A DNA stretch of 49,818 nucleotides from Chiloscyllium plagiosum (Eukaryota). The stretch spans positions 12,683,628-12,733,445 of the forward strand of contig NC_057718.1 in assembly GCF_004010195.1 (NCBI RefSeq), written 5' to 3'. The number at the start of each line of letters is the position of its first letter. Position 1 is the first letter of the stretch. Shown here one piece after another: positions 1 through 10,449 of the stretch. Both the position numbers and the translations under genes were made by a program. Below the pieces are notes generated by a model that was not told where the DNA came from, did not search any database, and worked only from the letters and a program-made list of their open reading frames with translations.

Positions 1-270
1 AACAGAAATTGCTGGAAATTCAACAGGTCTGGCAGCATCTGTGGAGAGAAGTCGGAGTTAACATTTCAAGTCCAATGACCCTTCTTCATTACCGTAGATG
101 CCAAGGCATGTGCCAGATATTATTTGCCTGAAAATGGGATTAGAATACTTAGGTGGTTGTTTTTGTTTCTGAAAAAGGATCTCTGGACTCAAAACATTAA
201 CTTTGCTTTTTCTCCACAGATGCTGCCAGACCTGTTGATTTTCTCTAGCAATTTCTGTTTATGTTTCGGA
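1..270. mobile_element. Inverted pair of short Penelope-like terminal repeat fragments
   Basis: 1-90 (ctggcagcatctgtggagaga...) and 183-270 (tctccacagatgctgccagacc...) are reverse complements; related copies at ~6820, ~8020 and ~39900. Confidence 0.55.
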
Positions 271-334
271 TCTTTGGCATCTGTACTTCTTAGTTTTATT
301 TTGTTGCTTCAATTGGGTTATTCTCCTTGGCGCA

Positions 335-697
335 GACGAGGTTGAAAAGGAGCATGAGTGAGATGTATAAAATAATGAGGGATATAGAGTAGGCAGGAAA
401 GAACATTTCCCCTTGATGCAGGGATCAACAACCAGGGTACAAAGATTTGGGGTAAGGGGCAAGAGATTCAGAGAGGAAATAAGGAATTTTTTTTCACCCA
501 GAGACTGTTGGGAATCTGGAACTCACTGCCTTTAAGGATGATAGAGGCAGAAAGCATCATAACATTTAAGAAGTATTTCAATGTACACACACAATGCCAA
601 TGCATACAAGGCTGTGGCCCAAGTGTTGGAAAATGGCATTAGAATAGTGAGGTGTTTGTTTTTGATCATTGCAGGTTTTTCGTGCTGGAGACATCTG
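335..697 (+). mobile_element. CR1-type LINE 3' fragment
   Basis: Typical CR1 3' motifs (ttttttcacccagaga..gttgggaatctggaactcactgcct), similar to 32780-33220. Confidence 0.65.
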
Positions 698-999
698 TGT
701 TAGTCAAGAAATAATTGAATAGTGGTACATTAAAATCTCACAAAAGGAACAAATTCAGAGAAACTGGATTTCATATTCACCTTTTTTCATCTCGTAACCT
801 TGCAATTCCTTTTGCAGTGATAGAAATTGTGACAATTGTTTGTCCAGAGCAAGGCAAGTGCCATATATGGTTATGATAACCAAGAGTTGATATTCACATA
901 GGAATCAAACAATTAACAGCATATTCCTAGAGTCTGGGACACTAACCCCAAGGACAGAGTGGATGAAGATTGGGCAGGAGCTGATAATTGAAGAAGTCA

Positions 1000-1550
1000 A
1001 CACTGATGAAAGTTCCATTCTGGGGTTGAGAAGTTTCAATAGACAAGGGGTGTGAGCGATTGTGTGAGCACATTTTTAGTCCATCCAAAGTTTATTTTAA
1101 ATATCAGATTATTGCCTTGGATGGTTGTGAGATATTCATCTTGTGAAAAATGCCTGCTGCTCCTTCACAAGCCAAATCACCTCTTGGGGGCAATTTTGGA
1201 AAGCCAGCCTCAATGTAAAGTTTGCAGTTTAACCATCTGTTGTACAATCTGCTTTCCATTGCACTGGGAAAGTTGAACAGAGTGTGTGGCATGGGTATCA
1301 ATACCTTACTGCCAGTCTTCCACTCATGGCCCAAGGTGAAAGATCCCTGCGTTCGTCTACATGGCCTCTGAGGTCTGGACAGTGAACTCACTGTCAGGCA
1401 AACGCATGCAATGTTATACTCATGTTGCAAAAGCAAATCTTGTCTCTTCTCCTCCCCCAATTCCCGCCTTCAAAATGTTAGCTGATGGCACCACTAATGT
1501 GCCTTTCAATGGAGTTCAGCAACCGTCAACTGTCACTTCCTATTACTTTA
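1000..1550 (-). mobile_element. Highly decayed LINE fragment (possibly RTE-like)
   Basis: Minus-strand peptide remnants (HCMRLPD, RR..G) resemble an RTE C-terminus; weak evidence. Confidence 0.3.
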
Positions 1551-2494
1551 TTAGATGATCTTTTAGGAGTGAGAAGAGAATGAATAAAGTGCAAACCACA
1601 GCCACTGGAAAGCACACTTGGATTAAACCTCTAACAACTAGCGATGAAACACTATGGTGCCAAGTGTAAGCTGGGTCTTTGTACGACGCTAATGAGGTCA
1701 TTAACCCTTCCTGGGCTAGTTTGACATTTCTGCATCATTTCCAGAATATAATAAGGCTCAAGTTTTCATTTTAATATTCACTGACTGCTGTTTGAAAAAC
1801 TGGTTTTCAGCTTGGCTGGAATGCTGAAGCCTTCACACTGCTGTCTTATGAAGAAGAGAGGGCTCTGACTTTCACTTAATGGTACTTACTAAAAATTTCA
1901 CAATTGCAATTTTCAGCTTTGCTAATAGTGGAGGAGAAAAGCAGATGTGGATGTACTTTGAATCTCTACAGCTGACTTCAGTTCTCCAGATGGTGCTCTC
2001 TCCCTTCACCCTCCTTCCTACTCAGTTCTGTAGGCTGGCACAGTTGTCTTCCCATTTCCGTTCCAATGAATGTCCTCACTCAAAACATGAATGTGTCTTT
2101 TCTCTTTCAGTTGCTGGTGGCTTCATTATGTATTTCCAGTAGCTTCTGCTTTTAATTGTAGAGTTCCAATTCTGGATTTTTTAAATCAATCTCACAAATT
2201 GCCATTTTAAATAGTTGGCTTCAATGTCACCAAACTAGAGCAGGTAAAGATAGTTGAGATCAAAGTTGATGTCAATGTACCTCACGACTGAAAGATTCTC
2301 ATTGTCTGGCTTCAGTGAATAATGGTGGATATTTGGATGAGATTGCAGGGTGAAGTTGGTAATGTGTGGAGCTGGAAAAAGCACAACTGGTTAAGCAGCG
2401 TCAGAAGAGCAAGGAAGTTGATATTTCAGATCAGGACCTTCATCTGCAGTTCTCACCATTTCCAGGGTTAGGTTGGTGCCCTCAGATTCAAATC

Positions 2495-2930
2495 TCCACA
2501 AGGTTATATTATGATAGATTGAGTAGGTTGAGCCTATATCCAGAATTTAGAGAAATGGAAGGTGATTGTATTGAAACATATGAGATCCTGAATGGACTTG
2601 AGAGGATGGATGCTGAGAGAATGGTTCCTTTTGTATGGGAGTCGAGGACTAGGGGATAGATTTTAAAAATTAGGGGTCTCCAGTTTAAGACATTGGTGAG
2701 GAACATTCTTTTTCTCTCAGAAGGTCAATACTGTGTGCTATTCTCTTCCCCAAAGAGCAGCGGAGGCTGAGTCCTTGAATATATCCAAGGCTGAATTAGA
2801 TCCTTGATCAGCAAGTGAGTCAAAGGTTATATAGGGCAGATAGGAAAGTAGAGTTGAGACCATAGTCAGATCTCATGGTAGAGTAAGTTTGAGGGACCAA
2901 ATAGCTTACTGCTGCACTGAATTCCTGTGA
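2495..2930 (+). mobile_element. CR1-type LINE 3' fragment
   Basis: Peptide YYDRLSRLSLYPEFREMEGDCIETYEILNGLERMDAERMVP..ESRTRG, the CR1 ORF2 C-terminus. Confidence 0.8.
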
Positions 2931-5900
2931 GTCATTGATTTCATGAAAGGATGAGAGAAAACCTTATGGACAAAAGGGATGAAAAGTAAAGTAAAGAAAA
3001 ATTGCACAGGACATATGACATCAGCAACAAACTTCCGATAAAAAAAATTATCTCAGGAATCCTTCTGTAAGAGGTAAGTAATAAACTTGAATTTACTGAC
3101 CAACTTTAGTGCAGGATCTGCCGAGACCTTAGGTATATAAGGGATCCCAAAAACTTTTCCACCAAACTTACAGTGGAAAATTCAAGAATGCCTCAGGAAA
3201 TTCTGCACTAGTCAAAAATGTCAGGAATCTTCATTTGGATCCAATCTAATGGCATCTTGAAAATATGAATATAGTGTTCTGTTTACTTTGTGTGTAAATA
3301 TAAAATAGTGATCGAGAGAATGATGGTGGTATTTCCCTGTGGCAGCAAACTGAGAATATAGTCAAGTTTGAAAATTATTTGAAAATTTGCAGAATTAGAT
3401 TAGCTGGCCATTTTGCAACATATATATATTTTATAATTTAAAACCAAGAGTTGGGGGTGGAGACAGGAAATCAGCTGGGAGTTCCAGTATTTTAACTGAG
3501 TGATAATGCAGCGATGATGAGATAGTTGGGATGATGTGTGCCTTAGAGGGGAATTTGGAGGTGACGGCGCCTTTTTCCTTTAATAAGGTGGCAACAGTTG
3601 TGGGTTTGGCTAGTATTGCCAAAGAAGTCTTGGATGGTGAGTTGTTGCAAGACATTCTGTAGATAGTGCACATTTGATTTGAATTGATTTATTGTCACAA
3701 ATGCCTAAGTACAGAGAAAAGTTTTGTTTTGCAAACAGTGCAGGCAGATCATAGCAAATAAAGGCATCAGATCATAGGGTGCTTAGACAGAGTGAGGCAT
3801 ACAAAGTTACGGTTGCACAGGAGGTGCACAAAGCAAGATCAACATTGCAGTCACAGTGGGGGAAGTGGATCTCTAAGGTGGTGGATAGGGCTGTCAATTA
3901 AATGGACTGTTTTAGCATGTTTCCCTTGACTTCCTTTGATGGAGAGCAGAATAAAAGGAGAAACATTCTTGAACCCCAAAAGTAACAGCCCTGAACAACC
4001 AGGAAAGCAATGAATAGAGTCACAGATGCATCTGCCTTTTTGGGACTACAACTGCATATAGCCCTTGGGGCCACATAGCAAGTACAGTGTTCCAAATATA
4101 CGTCATTAGAAATGTGGAAAATGGATGTTGTATTACATATGGTATGATTGCCCTTTATAAATGATAACTGTTTAATGATGCTCTAAATAGGAAGTAAACC
4201 AGTTATTTGACCAAACAACTCTGTATGATATTTACACTGAATGGAAGCAACTCGGTCTAATCATAGATTTACCTACTCTGTTCTTTTGAGACTACTGCAT
4301 CATCCAACTATCCATTATCATCAGTGTTAGATAAGAAGAAACATTATTTTGTAGTTAGCCCTTGCAAGTTATTCTACATTAGCTGGTTCTGTTCCCTACC
4401 CATATTGGTGAAAGAACATTAAAGTGGATGCCCTGAGAAGCAAGTGGCAAGTTGCATCCACTGCTCTGACTTTCAAGTTGGGATCTGTCACTGCCTAGTT
4501 TCTCAGGAGAGGAGTGGAGAATCAAAGCTACATAGAAATATGGTGAGTTGGGTCTGAATGAGATCCAATTCATGGAAATAAAATAGTCACTGCTTATCAG
4601 AGAAATTATGATCTCATCACTGAATTCTTAAGAGGAAAGTCAGAATTCTGTTTCTCGACATTGAGAATCAGACTTTTTCAGTCTTGCCATATTTTCCCAT
4701 GGTTCTCACTGTTGAACACATCACTCAAAGCATGGGGAAATTCCACCGTTCAATGAAGCAACACTCTTAAATTGATTCAGTCTTCATGTGGCAGTTTTCA
4801 AATGTATTTCTTCAGGTATTTTTGCAGGAATCCAGGAGTTTTTGGTTCAATACTGAGCAATTTGCCACATCCCTAACACCTCTAGAACATCTTCTGAGCT
4901 GCCAAGAGCAAGTCAGCATCTTCCATTTGAATGTTTCTTGGTTCAGTCAATGTTAATTAATTCTGCATTTCCATTGCTGCTCACAAATTGTTGAGTTGCA
5001 GTGATACACACTATTTCGGAGAGAGGTCCAAGGACAGATGAAGTGATGTGTAAAGCCTTTGCCATCAGCATGTTGCAGTGGCCTTTTAGCTCAATGCTAA
5101 ATATTAAGGTACCTCTGCAGCGCCCCTCTGATCCTGAAATAAACATTGGAAGCTGGTCTAAGTCCCAGAAAACCACATTGGGCTGCTTTAGTCAGGGCCT
5201 TAGATCAAGAACTGACAATTCAGTCACATCTGATTGATGATGCTGTCCGCAAGAGTTCTGCTGCTATCACAAGAATATTCAGTGATGTTGCTTATGGTAG
5301 ATATATATTGGCTTATTAATGTTTGTATGTATTTACATGGTACTGATGAGTTTTTTCTGGTGTAGTTTATGTTAGGTGTACATTGGACTGGTGCTGGGTA
5401 TAGGGTGGATTTAATCGAGTACTACATGGTATGATTGCATGGTAAGTTGAACAGTGCTGATGATATTTGTTATATTCAGCATTGCAGCTGGTTGTGTTAG
5501 TTGTATAATGGTATGCTGTCAATGGTGTTGCATGAATAGTGCTGGCAGTGTTAGTTGTGCATTGGGATGTCACCATACTGGAACAACAGCAACCTGATGA
5601 AGCTTACAAAGTATTGCAAATCTTCTGAGCCTGAATTCTCAGCACGTTCCTCCAGAGTGGTGAGAGTTGGTTAACAAGTGCTTGGAGAAAAGCCCAAACA
5701 GTTTCCATCCTCACTGACTCAGGTATATTCTCGTCATTTCTTGGCATGACATGGTCACCAACTCAGGGGTTCTTTGATGCGTTCATTCCATCAACACAAT
5801 CTCATTGTGAAGCATAGCCTATCTGCTGTGGCTCCACCATGTTTATCAGATGGATGAAAACTGAGCACCTAATGACCTTTTTTAGGATGAACTTATTTAT

Positions 5901-6016
5901 GGCTTGGAACCTGCTTGCAATTTCCATTGTGCTTCTGCCACAACAATACCTGCAAGTCAGGTATGAAAATGGTGGACATTGACACAGACATCTGGGAAAT
6001 AACCAAAGGCAACTGG

Positions 6017-6246
6017 TAATCATGATTTGGAGGTGCTAGTGTTGGACTGGGGTGTACAAAGTTAAAAATCACTCAACACCAGATTATAGTCCAACAGATT
6101 TATTTGGAAGCACTAGCTTTCGGAGCAATGCTCCATCATCAGGTGGTTGTCCATCTGATGAACCTGATGAAGAAGCAGCGCTCCGAAAGCTCATGCTTCC
6201 AAATAATCCTGTTGGACTAGGGCCTGGTGTTGTGTGATTTTTAACT
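6017..6246. mobile_element. Non-autonomous fold-back element (Penelope-derived) with inverted hammerhead motifs
   Basis: Arms ~6060-6145 and ~6161-6246 are reverse complements; flanked by aaaggcaactgg (6005-6016) and aatggcaactgg (6247-6258). Confidence 0.75.
6111..6145 (-). ncRNA. Minimal type I hammerhead ribozyme motif
   Basis: Minus strand: CAC CUGAUGA U GGAGC-auu-GCUCC GAAA GC UA GUG (stem I CAC/GUG, 5 bp stem II, palindromic AGCU stem III). Confidence 0.65.
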
Positions 6247-6819
6247 AATGGCAACTGGGTCTGTCTGAAGGGTCAGGGAGGCACGGAGTAATAAAGTGCA
6301 GAACTGAGAACAAAGACCAATGAATCTTGAATTACCCTAGCCTACTGTCTTCATCTGCAGCAAGTGCAATGTACCAAAGTTCTTGGGTAGGAGTGATGCA
6401 CGTTGTAAACATAAGCTTTTGGCTGTTGCCAGGTGTAAATGTAGGGAAATGTCTGGTGAAGATTTAATGCTTCTCATCAATCGATCGTTTTCATCCAATG
6501 CATTGCAAGAGAATGCCCAAAGGTACTGATTTGCCTAGTTTCAACTTATATCACTGGAGTAATTGCCAACTGGCCTCAGTCTAATGCATTTCAGAGAATG
6601 AAGACTTCATTGAAAAGTCAAGGTGTGTTAGATTAGAGGGCAGATTTTTCAATATACGCTCATCATCATGAATCTAACGATGGGTGAAACTGTCGAACAC
6701 TTAGGAACCATATATTAATCAACGATCGTAATCTATCCACAGTGAATTATCTTGACAATACCCTTAAACCTCTAAACCTATTATTTGGTAGATCAAGTTT
6801 ATCCATACATATAATAAGA

Positions 6820-6945
6820 GGAAAACACTGCAGATGTTGGACAGCTGAAATAAGAGCAGGAAGTGCTGGAGAAAGTCAGTAGGTCTGGCAGCATCTGTGG
6901 AGAGAAAAACACATTTGAATCGACTGACTTTTCCTCTGAACAACT
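6820..6945 (+). mobile_element. Penelope-like terminal repeat fragment
   Basis: Same family as 1-90 (aggtctggcagcatctgtggagaga). Confidence 0.55.
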
Positions 6946-8014
6946 CACATATAGATATTCTGTATGAAACCTGGATTGCAGATGATTAACAGCAAAGTTA
7001 TTGAATTTGCAACATAGGACCGTAGACTGCAAAAACTATCAAAACTGGCAGTGAGAACTATTACATGACAGTGAACTGTTGAAGTTGGTACTGTTATCTA
7101 AACCTGACTTGTACAGTAAATCTCAATATATTGTCCTTCAAATTTGACTCAGTCACTCTGTGAAGCAACGTGTGTCTGTTTCTCTGGTTTTTGTCTATGT
7201 GTTCTTGTTTTTCATTGTCACCGTGATTCCCTCTTCCTTTCTCTGACAGTTTCATTCTTGTTCCAGGGGAGCTGTTGTTCTGACATCTCTTTCGGCAGGC
7301 CCTGGCCACTGGCCATGCAGATCATAGGCCCATTTGGTCCTGGCGTCTTCCCAAACTCACTCCACTTTTAATTTGTGGAGGAAATCTTTGTTAGTCACTC
7401 AGATATGGGCTCATCTGTTCATAAACAGTGGGTTGTTTTCTAGTTTAATTAGAAATTTTAATTGGACTAGGCTTGGGTCATTTGCCTGAAGCTGGCTGTA
7501 ATAAATAGACGCTTCTCTTCCTTTCACCCGCATTTAGAAAAGAGGGTCTTCCTAACTGCATCTGCTCTCCTGGCATTGTCTAGTCCAATGGAGACATGCA
7601 TCCAACAGACAAATTTGATGCCACCAAGAAAGGGATCAACTGACTCAACTTTCCATTATTCATCGACCAGATGCCAATCATCCCATTCCCACTTAATCTA
7701 TATCCCCTGGCTCTACAAACTCATCAATGTCTCTCCAACAGCTACTATACTGTATTAATCCTTTCCTCCTTATTTTCAACTTCTTTTTGACTTCTACCAT
7801 TCATTTTATCTGTTTCTCACTCATCCAGTTCTTCCTTATTAGTTTATGGATAGTCTTTTTTATAATGAAGCAAAGTGTATTCTGATTAAATGCTTAGCAT
7901 TTTGAATAAACCATCAAAAGTACTCACTAGATCTGTTTACCTCACTTTGAAAGTAGTCGGATAACATGACAAGAACAAACAAATATATGAAACTGAACAG
8001 CAGGTAAGGGCCCA

Positions 8015-8110
8015 AAAGAGAAAATGCTGGAAAATCTCAGCAGGTCCGGCAGCATCTGTAAGGAGAGAAAAGAGCTGAAGTTTTGAGTCTAACTGACCCT
8101 TTGTCAAAGT
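8015..8110 (+). mobile_element. Penelope-like terminal repeat fragment
   Basis: aaatgctggaaaatctcagcaggtccggcagcatctg; same family as 1-90. Confidence 0.55.
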
Positions 8111-8519
8111 AATTTGCTTTTATTATAGCAGGTAAGGGCCATCTGGTCCATTGACCAATTCAGGCTTTGTGTAATATCTACACCGGATCTTGCCTACACT
8201 TCTTTAAACCAATGTCTCCCTTTGCATTTTCTAGCCTTCTTATTCAACCAAGTTAGGAAACCACTAAGGCAGAGGGAAGTCAATAAAATTGCTTTCTCAA
8301 ACTCTTGGCACACATGAAGCACATCTATTAAAATATGAGTCGTATTCAGAACTTAACTACAACAATATGTGAATATTTGTTGGAGAAAAGGATAAAGCAA
8401 TCAAATTTAAATTGACATATATAGTAGCGAAGTTCAACTTTCTATTGTTTGAAAATATGACGTTACAGATTCCTACATTAAGCATTATACGTTAAAAGTT
8501 TCCAACATTAGATGTGAGG

Positions 8520-9230
8520 TGCTGCAGTTTGGCATAAGGAATAAGAAAGACCTTTATTTCTTGGTAAATAAGACTCTAAATGGTGATACAAATAGATCTT
8601 GCGATTTAGATTCACAAAACATTAAATATAGTAAAGTAGATTTAAAAAGCACAGTGATTCATTTACGTAGAAATAGAACGCAAAGAGAGAGGAGTAATGT
8701 TAAATGGAAACTTGTGCACAGTTCAAGTCTCAATGTTGTTATACAATATAACATAATATAATCATGCTATCAGTGGAGAAATTACAACTTAGGATGCTAT
8801 CTAACTAGGATGCTATCAGAACCAAGACAGTAAACGCTGTAGAGAGGAAATAGGCTGAAACACTTTCTCTAGAACAGAAGGCTACATATAACTTAATGGA
8901 AATTTTGAATGGGATTGAGGATAAACATAGGATGGATGTTTCCATTTGTAGTGGAATCTAAACTTCAGGGCCATGTAAGATAACCACTAATAAATCCAAT
9001 AGGAAATTCAACAGAAAATTCTTTTTTCATTTAGTTGTTAAGATGTAGAATTTGCGATCAACAGAAGTGGTCACTGTAATTGACATAAATGGTTTAAAAA
9101 GAATCTAATAAGTACATGATGGGGAAATGTTGATAGGATGAGCTGAGATGGAGAAAAGTGAGAGAAAAGTCATGTGCAGCATAATTACCGGTGTACATCT
9201 GATCGACCAGTAGGCCTGCGCCTGTGCTGT
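8520..9230 (+). mobile_element. Old CR1-type LINE fragment
   Basis: Degenerate CR1 3' half motifs (tgtgaggtgctgcagtttgg; 3' tail ggcctg..cctgtgctgta). Confidence 0.5.
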
Positions 9231-9504
9231 AAAATTATATCAAATTTCGTGTACAATTAAGTAGTGCATGCAAAGTCTGTATTTACACTGAAAGGTTTTG
9301 CTAACACAAAGCTCATTAACCCAAAGTATCAGCAGAATTAGGGAAACAGGATGTGCAGCAAGATGCTAAGACCCACTTAGCTTCTATTGCTCATTCCTGG
9401 TTGCCCTTAGGAGGTTTACCGGGGGGATTCTTTCTCATTGCTACATAACTAGTCAATGCCTCTGGTAAGAAACTTGGAACAGCAGTTAATAATTATGCTG
9501 GTGA

Positions 9505-9915
9505 ACACATGAAATAGGAGAAAAAGTAGAACACACAGTGCATCGAGTCTCTTCACCATTCAGTGTAATCATAGCTGATCTTGGGCTTCAACTCCACCAT
9601 GCTGCCTCACTCCCCAAATTCCTTCCCTCAGAGACTAAAAATCTGCCCAGTTCAACCTTAAAAATATTTTAAAATGAGCATCTATGAGTCACAGGGGTAA
9701 AGAATTCCAAAGATTCACAACTTGTTTAATGAAGATATTTCTCCGCATCTTAGTCCGAAATGATCAGCTCCTTATCTGGAGACTTTGCCCCCATAATTTA
9801 CACTCCCCAGCCAGTGGAAACAACCTCTCAGAGTCTGTTCTGTCAAGCCCCTTCAAATCTTAAACATTTTAATGAGATCACCTCTCATTCTCCTAAACTG
9901 AAGGAAATACAGATC
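9505..9915 (-). mobile_element. CR1-type LINE 3' fragment
   Basis: Reverse complement of a CR1 3' end (gaattccaaagattcacaa, gagatcacctctcattctcctaaact). Confidence 0.65.
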
Positions 9916-10348
9916 CAAGAAAGACAGTGGGTTTTGTTCCCTGAATATTCATGAATGAGTTCAATAGTTTGGGTTACTTGACAGCTTCATGGTCACATTT
10001 GCATGTTGTAGAATGTGAGCTGTACACTCCAAAATGAAAGAATGCATGTGGAATGTAGCAAAGACAAATTTCCCATAAAAATTATACATTTCTGTATTGC
10101 AGATGGAATTGTTAACCTCCTAGCAATGTGTATTGCCAATCCCATCATTCTGATTTCACCCAAACTCTTTCTATTTAATATGTGACCTCTTTGTAAGCAT
10201 TTTTGCAATAATGTCCACATTTCTGTGAGAAATGTTGTATGCTCATCAGTATTAATGGGCTCAAATCACAACAATAACTTGTATCAAGCCAGTCTTGAAT
10301 TTTTGCAAAAAACTGAAAGAAGTAAGCAAGGGAATATCTCTGGATATA

Positions 10349-10446
10349 GGAATCCTGAAGAAGGGCTCATGCCCGAACCGTCGATTCTCCTGCTCCTTGG
10401 ATGCTGCCTGACCTGCTGCGCTTTTCCAGCAACACATTTTCAGCTT
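10349..10446 (+). mobile_element. Penelope-like 3' terminus with a mutated hammerhead motif
   Basis: GGAAUC CUGAAGA A GGGC-ucau-GCCC GAAC CGUC GAUUCU; same family as 22406-22495. Confidence 0.7.
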
Positions 10447-10449
10447 TAA

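Larger units (their letters stand above)
4860..6480 (-). mobile_element. Decayed LINE remnant interrupted by a TG-rich tract and a PLE-derived insertion
   Basis: Fragmentary minus-strand ORFs with a LINE-like look; clade not determinable by eye. Confidence 0.3.

Noticed and set aside
5280..5580. TG-rich tract with a Thr/His-rich minus-strand ORF
   Set aside because: Degenerate low-complexity sequence; no consistent repeat unit or coding signal.
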